From an uncultured virus (IMG/VR IMGVR_UViG_2690315748_000003) (taxonomy: Duplodnaviria; Heunggongvirae; Uroviricota; Caudoviricetes): DNA of 64,000 nucleotides. Both the position numbers and the translations under genes were made by a program. The notes beneath the pieces are model-generated. The model was not told the origin of the DNA, made no database searches, and was given only the letters and a program-made list of their open reading frames with translations. This document shows positions 30,079 through 41,700 of the stretch, in pieces (position 1 is the stretch's first letter; each line of letters opens with the position of its first letter). Location of the stretch: the IMG/VR virus record IMGVR_UViG_2690315748_000003, positions 1 to 64,000 of that record, one strand, 5' to 3'.

Positions 30079-31557
30079 ATGAAAGGCGGTGAAATCTTGG
30101 AATGGTATCATAGAGCTGTATATTCATTTGCTAATGCTGTTCTTCCGGCAACGGTAAAACGGCAGATGATGGGCGTGGGCAGGACGACAGTCCCGAAAAA
30201 CTCTAACCCATGGGGAATATTTAACTGGTTGCCTAAAAAACATCAGCAGGCTCACAATATAGACCTAACCAAGCTGCAAAGCTATACGGCGGAGGAGTTG
30301 CTTGAGCTTCTGATATCTGTTCATCCAGACGTATCCTATGCTTTGTACACATACTTACGTATGGGAGATACCGATTTAACATTTACAGCTAAGAAGCCAA
30401 ACGGGAATGTAGATAAGGGCGGACAACGGGTACTGGATGAACTCAAATCTCTGCTAAACACACCGCTACCTTCGCCAGGATATCAGCATGGACGGTCGTT
30501 GAATAAACTGGACACGATCCAACGGATGATGATTATGGTCCGTGGTGCGTGTGCTGGAGAGGTAGTCTTGAATGAACAGTGCAATGATGTGATTGATATT
30601 GTTCCAGTTGATCCGGCTTTAATTTGGTTTCGTAGGGAGCCGGAGACTAATCGCCTTACACCGTGGCAATACGTGAAAAACCCGCGAAGGAATGCAAATG
30701 AAGAATGGTTCGGTAATTACAAGAAGATCGACACACCAACATTCATTTATGAAGAGTTTGATCCTATGGTTGATGATCCTTATGGACGAACGCCTATGCT
30801 TCCGGTACTGCAAGTAGTATTCTTTCATCTTCAAGTGCTGGCTGACCTAAAAGCAGTCGTGCATAACCAAGGATATCCACGGCTTGATATCTCCATGCTG
30901 GAAGAAATCATGCTGAAGAATATGCCGAACAACTTGAAAAGTAATCCCGATGGTCAACAGAAATGGCTCAAAGAGCGAATGGAAGAGATGATAAACCACT
31001 TCAACTCACTTAATCCAGACGATGCCCTTGTCCACTGGGATAGTGTAAAGGTCGAGTATCTAAAAGGCGGTAATTCGGGGCCGATGATTGATATCAAGAA
31101 GCTGATTGATATCATTGATACCCAAATGGCTACTTCACTCAAAACATTGCTGACCATTCTTTCAAGGCATCAAGGCTCAACCGAAACATACAGCTCTATT
31201 GATACTCAAATATATATCAAAAATGTAGAGTCCGCGCGGAGCGTAACCAAACGTTTCTGGCAGCGGGCTTTTTCGTTGTCCGCAAGAGTAAAAGGGACTC
31301 AAACAAAAGTTGAAGCTGACTACCTCCCCATTGATCTACGCTCTGAAAATGAGATTGAACGTGACCGCCGTTCAAAGATCGATAACTACATCATAGCGGA
31401 GAAGAATTTCTACATCACACCGTTGGAAGCTGCTGAAGAAATACGTTGGACACTTGGTATTAATGCCAAAATTCCTGCTGAATTACTTCCTTTGCTTGTA
31501 AAGAAGCATGAATCTGATTCGAATGAAGAAAATACTCCATCGGAGGGAGGTGAATAA
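30079..31557 (+). CDS. Portal protein
   Basis: Size, first head gene, DDPYGRTPM motif. Confidence 0.8.
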   Translation: MKGGEILEWYHRAVYSFANAVLPATVKRQMMGVGRTTVPKNSNPWGIFNWLPKKHQQAHNIDLTKLQSYTAEELLELLISVHPDVSYALYTYLRMGDTDLTFTAKKPNGNVDKGGQRVLDELKSLLNTPLPSPGYQHGRSLNKLDTIQRMMIMVRGACAGEVVLNEQCNDVIDIVPVDPALIWFRREPETNRLTPWQYVKNPRRNANEEWFGNYKKIDTPTFIYEEFDPMVDDPYGRTPMLPVLQVVFFHLQVLADLKAVVHNQGYPRLDISMLEEIMLKNMPNNLKSNPDGQQKWLKERMEEMINHFNSLNPDDALVHWDSVKVEYLKGGNSGPMIDIKKLIDIIDTQMATSLKTLLTILSRHQGSTETYSSIDTQIYIKNVESARSVTKRFWQRAFSLSARVKGTQTKVEADYLPIDLRSENEIERDRRSKIDNYIIAEKNFYITPLEAAEEIRWTLGINAKIPAELLPLLVKKHESDSNEENTPSEGGE

Positions 31558-31562
31558 ACAAT

Positions 31563-32867
31563 ATGGCTAAACCTACACCCGAACAATTGGCGAAGATCAA
31601 TCAAAAAGCATTGGTCCCTTTAACCGATGAACAAACTCATGTGTTTCAAGCGAGAATCATTGGAACCAAGTGTATTGATAAGTACAAAATGAAGATTACT
31701 CCAAACTTCCTACGCAAAATGGCAGATCAAGTTAAAGAGGGAGTTGCCTTGCTGGTTGACCATCCGTGGCAGAAGTGGGAAGCCTTATCTTTCCCGTATG
31801 GCAGAACTTTTGACAGCCGGATTATCGAAGAGGGAGGGGAACTGGAACTTTACGGTGATCATTACATGGCAAAAGGGCTAGAGGCTGATGGAATCTCAAC
31901 AGATCAACTGGCTACCGGCATTGATTCAGGAACTATCTTTGATACCTCCGCAGGGTTTGTTACTACAAAGCATACGTGTAGCATTTGTGGCGGCGATTAT
32001 TATGGTTCCTCAGCATGTTCGCACATTCGTGGGCAAACGTACGATGACAAAGAATGTCTTGTTCTCGCGGATGATGGATATATCATGGAAAACTCTATCG
32101 TGTTTGATGGCGGTTACGAAGGCGCTGGAATTACACGTGAATCTCTCTCAATGAAACAACATGGTGAATCTGAACAGCCGAAACAAACTGAATACGAACC
32201 GTTACCTTTAGATGCGAAGTCGCTTGATGGCGATGGACGCGTCTTTTATTTTTTCAGCAACAAAGGCGGTATGTCTGCTTTTGTATCTAAACAGCATCAA
32301 ACAAAAGAACAGGCCGAGACACTGGCCCAAGGAGATGACACTATGAATGAAGAACAAAAAGCTGCTTTGGCAGCAGCGCAAACCCAAGCAACTGCACTGG
32401 CAGTGGCTAATGGCATGCTTGGACAAGTACGGACTGCATTGGGCGTTGAGAGTGACGCAGAAATCCCAGCGAAGCTTACAGCGCTGAGTGTTCAAGCTAC
32501 TGATGGAGCAATGTACAAGGTGAAGGTCACTGAACAAGCATGCGGAGCTGGCGTACGTGCTCTTGGTGAAGCCTTTAATGTAGAGGCGATGAAAACAGCA
32601 CTGTCTCATCTCCCGGTATCTGAAATTGAAAAGATCGGCGCAACGTATGAGGCGCAGGCACAAGCTGCTTTGGGTGGTGGTGGTCGCCATACACAAGGTG
32701 ACGATGTAAACCTTCCTGAGGGAGCACTAAATGGAACACCACCAACTAACTCACAAAATGATGGTGGCGAGAAAACTCCAGAACAACTTAAAGCATTAGC
32801 TCGTGAAGAAGCTCGGGCGGCACTTAAGAACACAGGCAGAGGTAATCTGCTGAAGGAGGATAAATAA
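31563..32867 (+). CDS. Prohead protease / scaffold
   Basis: LLVDH, DTSAGF, CSICG, ENSIVFDG; Ala-rich C-terminus. Confidence 0.75.
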   Translation: MAKPTPEQLAKINQKALVPLTDEQTHVFQARIIGTKCIDKYKMKITPNFLRKMADQVKEGVALLVDHPWQKWEALSFPYGRTFDSRIIEEGGELELYGDHYMAKGLEADGISTDQLATGIDSGTIFDTSAGFVTTKHTCSICGGDYYGSSACSHIRGQTYDDKECLVLADDGYIMENSIVFDGGYEGAGITRESLSMKQHGESEQPKQTEYEPLPLDAKSLDGDGRVFYFFSNKGGMSAFVSKQHQTKEQAETLAQGDDTMNEEQKAALAAAQTQATALAVANGMLGQVRTALGVESDAEIPAKLTALSVQATDGAMYKVKVTEQACGAGVRALGEAFNVEAMKTALSHLPVSEIEKIGATYEAQAQAALGGGGRHTQGDDVNLPEGALNGTPPTNSQNDGGEKTPEQLKALAREEARAALKNTGRGNLLKEDK

Positions 32868-32869
32868 TT

Positions 32870-33250
32870 ATGATGCAATCTCAGTATAATGGCGCTCCTG
32901 GTCCCGGTCAGGTTATTACTCAAGAGTTTACAGAGGTTCTTGCATCTACCGATCTTCAGGCAAAGCTTCCCGGAGGTATTTTGCTGAAACAAGGACAAGG
33001 AATCCTGAAAAAAGGGACAGTTATCGGCAAAATAACAGCGGCTGGGGCGGATAAGGATAAAGCGGTGGCGTATAGCGCATCGGCAACCAATGGTTCCGAA
33101 GTAGCCTTGTGCATTTTGGATAACGACCATGATACAACAATCTCAGATGTTGGCGCTTCGGCGTGGATCGCTGGCATTTTCCATGAATCTAAATTGACAG
33201 GCATTGATGCAGCGGCTAAGACAGCGCTGAAGCTTTGCTACTTTGTATAA
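32870..33250 (+). CDS. Head decoration protein
   Basis: LKKGTVIGKIT, GSEVALCIL; precedes capsid gene. Confidence 0.8.
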   Translation: MMQSQYNGAPGPGQVITQEFTEVLASTDLQAKLPGGILLKQGQGILKKGTVIGKITAAGADKDKAVAYSASATNGSEVALCILDNDHDTTISDVGASAWIAGIFHESKLTGIDAAAKTALKLCYFV

Positions 33251-33265
33251 GGGGGATAAACACAC

Positions 33266-34279
33266 ATGGCAAACGTACTTGATCCATATTTCCTTACGGA
33301 AGTCGTCCAGAACATTCGGACGGATATTAACAGTTTTCGCGGGGCTCAACTACTGACAAATGGCGTTGACTTCAAACCTGAACTTGGACTCACCATCGAA
33401 TATGACGTTACTTATGACGACACGGGGATGACACCTGCTACTGGGCTGAATGATCCTTCACCAATTCATACGTCTCCTGTGGTGAAACATATGAACTTCA
33501 CGAACCAGGAATGGAGAGAAAAGTCCATTATTGATCGTGAAAAGATTGTCACTTTGAGAAAGCCAGGTAATAACTTGCAGCAACAGTGGGCAGAGGAGTA
33601 TATGGTAGATCAACTGGTCAACTTGAATATGCGGCTTGAGACACGTTTTGAGTGGATGCGTTGGCAGTCCCTGACCGGTAACCTTATCGTTCCAGCAACA
33701 GCAAACAAACCTGCCAGAACGATTGATTACGGCGTCCCTGCCACTAACAAGCCAACGGCAGATGTGCTCTGGAGCAATACGGCAACCGCTGATCCGCTGA
33801 AAAACTTGGATGAGTGGCTCCTTCTATTCCGGGGAAGTGGTGCAAGAGGAGTTAAGATTCTGGCCAATAAAAAGGTAGACAGCTACATGAAGCAAAATGA
33901 GAAAATTCGCGAATTGATTAGATACACATATGGCAAGGATGTTGTAACTGATGGCTCACTTTCTGAAATTGTCAGCCAAAATTTGAGCGGGCTTCAGTAT
34001 GAAGTTTACGATGGTGGCTACATTGATGATACCGGGACGTTCTACCCGTTTATTCCTGACAATGCCGTAATTATCATCGGTCAAGGCATGACAGGCTCCA
34101 TTATGGATCTTGTTACAAGTCCAAATAACTATGAGGATATTTTTACAGGCCATACTGGGAAATTTGCTCTCACCAAACTGATTCAAGGTGACCCTGATCA
34201 ATGGCAAGTCATCAATGGTGCGACTGTGCTGCCGCGGCTGAAATACGTCAACTGGCATATCTTCGCTACAGTGGCGTAA
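33266..34279 (+). CDS. Major capsid protein (lambda gpE-like)
   Basis: RFEWMRWQSLTG, IDYGVP, WSNTATADPL. Confidence 0.9.
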   Translation: MANVLDPYFLTEVVQNIRTDINSFRGAQLLTNGVDFKPELGLTIEYDVTYDDTGMTPATGLNDPSPIHTSPVVKHMNFTNQEWREKSIIDREKIVTLRKPGNNLQQQWAEEYMVDQLVNLNMRLETRFEWMRWQSLTGNLIVPATANKPARTIDYGVPATNKPTADVLWSNTATADPLKNLDEWLLLFRGSGARGVKILANKKVDSYMKQNEKIRELIRYTYGKDVVTDGSLSEIVSQNLSGLQYEVYDGGYIDDTGTFYPFIPDNAVIIIGQGMTGSIMDLVTSPNNYEDIFTGHTGKFALTKLIQGDPDQWQVINGATVLPRLKYVNWHIFATVA

Positions 34280-34296
34280 GGGGGAGAACTCAATTT

Positions 34297-34686
34297 ATGA
34301 CAACTGTAAAAGTATTGGTTGATGCTGTTGGACAATACAATGCCGGAGACATCGTAACAGATGCCCCTGACGGTCTTGTAGATATCGCAAAGAAAGAAAT
34401 TCGTAATGCGGCAACCGGACAATTGCTTGCGGAAATTGTAGATGGTAACGGGGCTGTTGATGGTTCTCCTTCAGAACGGGAGTTGCAACTTCAGGCCGAA
34501 TTAGAACAGTCTAAAGCGCGAGAAGCGGAATTACTTGAGCAAATTGATATTCTTCAGTCTGATGGTGAGTTGAAAGAATTGAAAGCCTCAGCTAAGGAAT
34601 TAAAAATACCCGGATACACCAAAATGAGTATTGAACAATTGAAACAGGCTATCAGTGCTGCTGGCGGTGCAGCAGATGGCAAATAA
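34297..34686 (+). CDS. Rho-N/HeH domain head-associated protein
   Basis: ELKASAKELKIPGYTKMSIEQLKQAI. Confidence 0.7.
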   Translation: MTTVKVLVDAVGQYNAGDIVTDAPDGLVDIAKKEIRNAATGQLLAEIVDGNGAVDGSPSERELQLQAELEQSKAREAELLEQIDILQSDGELKELKASAKELKIPGYTKMSIEQLKQAISAAGGAADGK

Positions 34687-35110
34687 GATACTCATTACAG
34701 AAACATATCATGAAGAAATTAGAGGGCGTCTAGGCGTTGGTGAGGATGTAATATCCGATGCTGACATAGACGCTCTTTCTGTTTTGCCCATTGGAGAATC
34801 GAGGATTGTAAAAGCCGTTCCTGATTATGCTGAGTTAACTGGTGATGATCAAACTTATGTGTATGCAGCAGCCGTTTGTATGGTTGCTGCCATACTGGCC
34901 CCTTCCATGACAGCGAGAATCAAGAAGTCTAAAAAGGACTTTGACTTCTCTTTTGAAAATCAGGTTGTTGATTGGAAAAAGTACGCTGTTCAGCTTGTTG
35001 ATGAAGCCTATGATTTTATCGAGTCCATATCAACAGTACAGCAAGGGACAGATGTTCCGGTATTCGGTGTAGCTGGGCCGACCCGGGTGAGAGAAAGGCG
35101 GCGTCACTAA
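34676..35110 (+). CDS. Head-tail adaptor (putative)
   Basis: Synteny and size. Confidence 0.55.
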   Translation: MANKILITETYHEEIRGRLGVGEDVISDADIDALSVLPIGESRIVKAVPDYAELTGDDQTYVYAAAVCMVAAILAPSMTARIKKSKKDFDFSFENQVVDWKKYAVQLVDEAYDFIESISTVQQGTDVPVFGVAGPTRVRERRRH

Positions 35111-35685
35111 TGTTTAAAGACTTCGCTCATAGGCATTCACCTTGTACTGTCAATGGTGAGCCCGATGTCGTTATATTGTCTAGGGAAACGAAAGCCACAA
35201 CGGTTATCGGAAAAGAGTATATGTACAATGGTTTGTTTTCTTCGAAATCATCTGTAAAGCCGGGAGATATAGTTCAGAACGAATCGTCTTATTTGGTACA
35301 GACTCTACGTACAACAACTGAGAAGGACAAGTACTGCTCTCTGATTAAAACGAATGCTTTAATCGAGGTGCAAAGATACCAGCAAGCTTATGATGCCAAC
35401 GATAACCCTATAGGTGGTCCTGACTTTGTATCTGTTGCTGCTGATGTTGTTTGTTCTGCACAGTATGTCACAGCACAATTGCGACAACAGGAGCCGGGCT
35501 TGCTGCCGAGTACCGTGTTTACCTTGCAGTTACAGACGACAGTCGATGTAAGAGACCCTCAAGACTCAAGTCTATCCGCGCCTGACCGGATTGTAATGGG
35601 CGGGAAGACATACCAGGTAGATGTGGTAGATAAGATCAAGTACCCTAATCTGCTATACGTTCAGCTTTCGGAGGACCGTCGATGA
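35110..35685 (+). CDS. Head closure protein (putative)
   Basis: Synteny; DRIVMGGKTYQV. Confidence 0.55.
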   Translation: MFKDFAHRHSPCTVNGEPDVVILSRETKATTVIGKEYMYNGLFSSKSSVKPGDIVQNESSYLVQTLRTTTEKDKYCSLIKTNALIEVQRYQQAYDANDNPIGGPDFVSVAADVVCSAQYVTAQLRQQEPGLLPSTVFTLQLQTTVDVRDPQDSSLSAPDRIVMGGKTYQVDVVDKIKYPNLLYVQLSEDRR

Positions 35686-36260
35686 TTACGGGCTATGATG
35701 CAGCGCGGGCCGCAAAGGATCTGGAGAATAAATTGGCTGTTGAGATTACCGGATTAACAAAGTTGGTCATGCTTACGGCTAAAAGCGGCATACGGTATTA
35801 TCCGGCAGTTCGGGACCACTTGGAAATGCACATGTTTGTGCTAGCGAATCAGATGATTTCAGGCGACATTACAGCGCATTACTGGCAAGTATGGCTTGAG
35901 CAATTCGGTAAAGGCTCCAAGATGGCAGACAGTAGCCAAAATCCCGGCTTAATAACCTACATGAACAGCGAAGCATGGAACCGACTGAGATCCAAAGGTG
36001 ATCGTATCATTGTTGGTCGCTCAAGAGGGAAGTACCGGGCGATTGACGGAACCATGAAGGAATCAGGTGGGGGATATGCTGGAGTAGATTTGGAGGAGCT
36101 TGCGGAGCGCGGTGATATTGATCCTTCATTTAGGGCCACACCACCAACCTACTTCCTGCGTATTGCAATTCAGTCTAACCGGAAACGTATTTTGGATGGC
36201 ATTAGCCGTGTAATAACTGAGTTTCCGTATCACAGATACTTCAAGGAGGTACGGGAGTGA
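35682..36260 (+). CDS. Neck / tail completion protein (putative)
   Basis: Synteny; LEQFGKG, PTYFLR. Confidence 0.5.
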   Translation: MITGYDAARAAKDLENKLAVEITGLTKLVMLTAKSGIRYYPAVRDHLEMHMFVLANQMISGDITAHYWQVWLEQFGKGSKMADSSQNPGLITYMNSEAWNRLRSKGDRIIVGRSRGKYRAIDGTMKESGGGYAGVDLEELAERGDIDPSFRATPPTYFLRIAIQSNRKRILDGISRVITEFPYHRYFKEVRE

Positions 36261-36691
36261 GCCTACAACTTATTGATGCTGTTCAAAATGCTTTGAAAGA
36301 AGATTCGGAATTTATGAGCATGCTGAAGCTTACTCCTTCATCATCCTCTGCTGATGTCGTAAAGCGATTTACGAAAGGCATGGAGCCTGAGATAACGGTT
36401 TCTAAGGATACAGTTCCACATATCTGCCAATATGTCATGCCGGGACGATATGCCACTAATCCACTGGTGTTCGAAGGTAAGTTCTGTATCGACTTTTATG
36501 GTAAGACAGCATATGAAGCAAAGCTTCTATTTGAAAGAGCATTCAAAACCTTGCACGAAAAAAGGTTGTTTGCACAGGGGTTTATGTCCTATCTTTGTGT
36601 GCTATCCTATGACTCGGATTTTGCTACTGGTATCCAAGGGGCTAAGGGGTACAAAGCAATTTTCGATGTTGATTACTTGAGAATGAATTGA
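36257..36691 (+). CDS. Tail terminator (putative)
   Basis: Synteny and size. Confidence 0.5.
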   Translation: MSLQLIDAVQNALKEDSEFMSMLKLTPSSSSADVVKRFTKGMEPEITVSKDTVPHICQYVMPGRYATNPLVFEGKFCIDFYGKTAYEAKLLFERAFKTLHEKRLFAQGFMSYLCVLSYDSDFATGIQGAKGYKAIFDVDYLRMN

Positions 36692-36701
36692 GGTGAGCAG
36701 A

Positions 36702-37148
36702 ATGGCAGATGCAGCTGTATGGAAAGCAACCGGGAGATCCGGTGATCACAATGGTGTTAACCACGTTGAATATGAGCTGCTGGATTCAGCACAAAAGCGA
36801 GTTTCTTTGGCTAAAACCAACGTATCCAGTATTGAAAAAGATGGGGTTAAAATTGAACCGGATGATCAGGAAACTCTATGGTTTAGTGAAGCAAATGCAA
36901 CCAAGAAGTACAAATTTAATGTTGTTACTCTTGCTGGTACAACTTATGAAGCCGAATTGAATTGGACTCAACCTAATCCTCCTAAACCAGAACCTACCGA
37001 GTGGGAAACGCTGATTGCTGAAAAAATCGCGCTTGCTAAAGGATTGGGTATCATGGGGATCTGGAATCCAAAACAGGGTTACAAGCTAACCAAAGAGTAC
37101 AGTCGCATTGCAGAAATTGATAAGCGTCTATGGGAACTGGTCAAATAA
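36702..37148 (+). CDS. Hypothetical virion-associated protein
   Basis: GAGGTG RBS; between neck and tail tube genes. Confidence 0.55.
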   Translation: MADAAVWKATGRSGDHNGVNHVEYELLDSAQKRVSLAKTNVSSIEKDGVKIEPDDQETLWFSEANATKKYKFNVVTLAGTTYEAELNWTQPNPPKPEPTEWETLIAEKIALAKGLGIMGIWNPKQGYKLTKEYSRIAEIDKRLWELVK

Positions 37149-37193
37149 GCTGACCAGTTTTTTTGTGTTCACATATAAGGAGGATGAAACTAT

Positions 37194-37982
37194 ATGCAAC
37201 CTTTAGTATTTGATGGCGTGGGGTCAGCGCAGGTTTATGAAGAAGGCGGAAGGCTTAAGTTTCTTGATGATAAAATCACTAAAGTAACTTTGCAATTGCA
37301 GTTTGATTGGGACAAAGTAATGGGTGGCGATAGTGGATATGCATTCCACTATACTGCTAAGGATTTAGGGGATAAAGCCTCTATGGAGATTCCTCGTTAC
37401 TCTGATATTTTGGCTGAGTTGTCTCAAGGGGCTGAATCAGAAAAAGGCACAGTTCAATTTGATGAGGTAGAGCAAGGATTTTTGACCGCTACTGATGGCT
37501 ATAAATTAAAGGCTCCGACAAAGTATAATGGAACCTTTGTTGATAAGAGTGACCGCGTTTACTTAAAAGACACTGTCACAGGAGAACTTACTGAACTGAC
37601 TCGTGTTGCTTCCACTCCAACAGCAGAACAGTACGTAATTACAGCTGATGGAAAAATTACTTCTGATGTTGCAAATGAAGGGAAGTTAATTACCGTTACG
37701 TTCAAATGGTCTAAAGAGAATGCTACAAGAAGTAGCTTAAGCGGTAAACGCCGTCCGAAACCATTTAAGCTGGTACACCGTTTTTCCTTAACCGATGATC
37801 GGAACGGTAAAGAAGTCCCTTGCCAGCTCACTATTTGGAAGGCCCTCGGGGGCGGAACTTTGGACGTGTCCCAAGAACGCAAAAAGCCAACCACTAACAC
37901 ATTGGCGCTGGAGATTATGGAACCGGATATCACGCCGGAAAACCCTAACGGATATGCAGTGGAAATCATTTTCGGTATCTAA
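37194..37982 (+). CDS. Major tail tube protein
   Basis: Synteny, strong RBS, beta-rich. Confidence 0.7.
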   Translation: MQPLVFDGVGSAQVYEEGGRLKFLDDKITKVTLQLQFDWDKVMGGDSGYAFHYTAKDLGDKASMEIPRYSDILAELSQGAESEKGTVQFDEVEQGFLTATDGYKLKAPTKYNGTFVDKSDRVYLKDTVTGELTELTRVASTPTAEQYVITADGKITSDVANEGKLITVTFKWSKENATRSSLSGKRRPKPFKLVHRFSLTDDRNGKEVPCQLTIWKALGGGTLDVSQERKKPTTNTLALEIMEPDITPENPNGYAVEIIFGI

Positions 37983-38046
37983 TTAATCACTAACCCAACC
38001 CCCTACCAGAGCGATAGGGGGTTACATACATTGAGGAGGAAATTTA

Positions 38047-38388
38047 ATGAGTACAGACAAACAGTTGGATAAAACTCTTAATATAGGTTCAGAAATTCGG
38101 TTGGCAGAGGGCATCAAAAAGCATGTGAAGATCGGGACTATTGCATTGATCCGTCAGGTTCGTGAAGAAATGGATGGTGTAGTACACAAGTTTTCCTTTT
38201 CGATAGGCCGGAAAAAATGGGAGGCTACCGAAGACCGGGAAGCAGTTGACTGGCCTAAAGTGGAGGAAATGTACAAAAAGGTGTTTAATCTCGTGCTGGT
38301 TGAGGAAATAACGGAAAAAGAGTATGAACTGATTGACCAGGACGGTATTGCAGTACTGGATGATTTGTTAGACCGATTTCTATTCTGA
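38047..38388 (+). CDS. Tail assembly chaperone (gpG-like)
   Basis: Between tail tube and tape measure genes. Confidence 0.75.
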   Translation: MSTDKQLDKTLNIGSEIRLAEGIKKHVKIGTIALIRQVREEMDGVVHKFSFSIGRKKWEATEDREAVDWPKVEEMYKKVFNLVLVEEITEKEYELIDQDGIAVLDDLLDRFLF

Positions 38389-38674
38389 GTCGTTTCCTCC
38401 AGATGAAGAGTCAGATGAGGAAGATGAACAGGAGGAGTCTAACCCTGTCGAGGATGAGCATGAAACGGACTGGTTAGAACTTTGGGCTTTATGTGTGAGC
38501 AATGGTATTTCTGATTCGGAGTGGCCTAATATGACTATTCCAAAAATTAGAGCGCTCATGAAGGCTAAGAACAGAAACCGGGAATTTGAAATCATTCTTC
38601 ACGGTGGCAATGTTGAAAACAAAAAGCCGAAGAAGGTTAAGACATTATCTGATCTTGGTTTCTTCGCCAAGTAA
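38372..38674 (+). CDS. gpT-like frameshift extension of the chaperone (+1 frame)
   Basis: 100 open codons overlapping the chaperone 3' end, no 5' start or RBS. Confidence 0.65.
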   Translation, partial: TDFYSESFPPDEESDEEDEQEESNPVEDEHETDWLELWALCVSNGISDSEWPNMTIPKIRALMKAKNRNREFEIILHGGNVENKKPKKVKTLSDLGFFAK

Positions 38675-38764
38675 ATTAAGAGGCATCCGCAATCATGCAG
38701 GATGCCTCTTTTTCTGTATTCAGGGCAGGAAAAGTTTCCTGAACCCTATGAAGAGGTGAGCAAA

Positions 38765-41700
38765 GTGGCGGATTTAAGTAAAGATGTAGTAGGTGCGCGG
38801 ATAAACTTGGATACAACCAAGATACTACCCGCTTTCAAGGTGATCGACAACGGAGCAAGGGCGAATGCTGAATCTTTTAAGGTTTTAAATTTGGAACTCG
38901 GACTAAGTGAGAAGAATTTCAAATCTCTTGCCAGTAGCGCAGACAAGTTTGCTCTTTCAGCAGATGACAGACGGAAGAAGATCCTTGCTGAATCCGAAGC
39001 TCTTGTTAAGCAACGCACTGCACAGGCAGAATTAAATGCTGCACGAAAGAACCAACTAGACCAAGCTAACAAAATTACAGATGAGAAGCTAAGGGCACAA
39101 CAGGCCATTGTAAAAAAGCGTGAGGATGCAATTGAACAGCAGGAACGAGAGCATCTAAAACGGATGGAAGCCCTTCAAAATAAGGCGACATCAACCGGGC
39201 AGAGAGCTGCTAAAGTTTCAGGGGCAGGAACAGATGATAAGACGCGTGAACGTGTTCTTATGCAAGAACAGGCTATCCGCATAAAGCTGCAACAAATGGC
39301 GGATAAGGAAGCGCAGCAGGCGAGGAAAAACGCACAGGATTATGAAAAGTTCTGGCTAAGTGCTCTGCGCGCTAGAGAGCAGAAAGAAGCACAGGTTCGC
39401 GAAAAGGTACTTCAAGAAGAACAGAAGATCCGTCGTTCACTGAGCCAAACTGAATCGCAAATGAAGCAGACTTTTAGTACAACTCCTAATTGGATTAGTC
39501 GTGTAGGAGATATGGCTACACATGCTCTGGTATTTAATACAGCATACGCAGCTATGCATAAAACGCAGGAGGCACTTAAAGAGGGATTAGTTGGCATTGA
39601 GTCCAACATGGCGGGTTATATCCAAACCAATGAGCACTATTTTTTGGAGTACAATGAAGGCACCAAAGAAATGGTGATGAACACCGAAAAACTTCATGAC
39701 CAGACGACCAAATTTATTCGAACGGCGCATGACCTTGGTTCGGAAATTATGGACGTTACCGAATCAGCACGTCTTTGGGGCCGGATGTATAAGGACGCAG
39801 GCGTAGTTCAGGAAATGGTGCGTAAGTCTACGATGCTTTCGACTGTCGATTTGGTTTCTCTTGAAGGCGCGACTAAATCAATGGAGTCCACATTTGCTCA
39901 ATATGGCGTGCAGATTAAAGACAGCAACGATGCCATGGTGCTTGGTGGTCGCGTGTTGGATTCCTGGTCCAAGGTTGCCCATGACACGATGGCACCAGCG
40001 AGAGACTTGGGAGCTGCCTTCGAACGGACAGGTAAGATAGCGGCAGAAACAGGCGTTTCATTTGATTTTATGAACGGCTTGATTTCAGCAGGTGTTCGTA
40101 ACACGGCTCTCAGCGGGGAAAACTTGGGGAACATGTGGAAGACAGTCCTGGGTACAATCCGTACAGATAAAGCCGTAGCAGAGATTGAACGATTGGGAGT
40201 TGCAACAAAGGAAGTCGTTAACGGACAGGAACAGTGGAGACGAGCAGAAGATATCTTGCTGGACTTATCCACCAAAGTAATCGACAAAAACTATGATCTT
40301 ACGAAATCATACGCTGATATTTCACGTGGTGTATATCAATATGCTAAATTAGCCGCTTCTCTAAATGCTGGAGACATTCTACTTGGTACAGCAGCCTCTA
40401 TTGGTTCAACGGGATCTACAATGGAGTACCTCAAAGTCCAGATGGATACCATTCAGCGCAAAGCTGCTCAAACTAAGGCTTCTTTGCTTGAGATATTTAA
40501 TAATGCAGGCGACGATGGTTTGAGAAGAACAATCAAGGATGTATTGGATGCAATTGACCAACTACTTATTGGACTTACAAAAGTTCCTTCCGGCGTGTTT
40601 GAGGGGACGGCAGCAATCGGTGGTCTACTACTTGCCTATAAAGCTCTGAGCGGACCAGTCATGAATGTAATTGCTGCTGTAAAAGTATTGACGGCTGCAA
40701 AGGCTGCGGAAACTGCCGCTATTGGTGCTAATACTGTAGCTAATAATGTTAATATCGTTTCTTCACAAGGAGCAACTCTTTCAACAGTTCAGAGAGTTGC
40801 CGCTACCGAAGGAGCTACAGTAGCACAAGGAGCTTTAACGGTAGCAACCGAGGGAGCTACAGTTGCTACAAAATCATTGTCTGTTGCTCAAGCCACAGCG
40901 ACTGTGACAACAGCAGCCGCCACAGCGGGATTGAGCTTACTTGTTGGTGCAATTGCTCTGGTTGCGATGAATAGTGGTAAAGAGGAGAAGGCTACTCGCG
41001 ATAGAATTCAGAATTTAAAAGATGAGGACTCGGCATCGCAGCAAATGGTTAGCCAATATCAAAGACAGATTGAATTATTGCCTAAACTGACAAATGCTCA
41101 TCGCTCACTTGAACAATCAATGAAAGCCGGAAGCATTTCAGCAGAGAAGGAAACACAGGTAAAAAAACAACTTGAAGAGATTTCTAAGGCGCTGGTTATT
41201 ACTCTTGGAAAAGAAGGGGCCAAGCAGCTTGAAGCTGCTGGTTATACGGATGAGGCTGTACAGGTGCAAGTTGATGCGTTAAACAAACTCATCGAGAAGC
41301 AGAATGAAGCCCGAAAAAATGTATTGAAAGATCAGCAAGCGCAATTAATCGAACAACAAAAACAAAAAATAAATGAAATCACAGAAGCTACAAAAGAACT
41401 GGAACGAGTAAAAAAGATCATCGCTAATCCAATTGGAAATTTTTTAGGGACAGGCGAATTTAAGGAAGATGCTGCGAAGTTAGAAGAAAAAATAAAAACG
41501 TTAGAACAAGAGAATAACAAACTCACTTTATCTGTAACAGAAGTAGGAGTAGCTTTAGGCCAAGCAGCTATTGAAACTGACCAATTTGCTGGGAAAGCTG
41601 GAACAGCAACCGAAAGTGTTAAATCACAGGAGGAAGCTCTTGCCGATTTAAGAGAACAGATTCAGGGTAATGGTAAGGCAATTTCTGAGATGAACACTGT

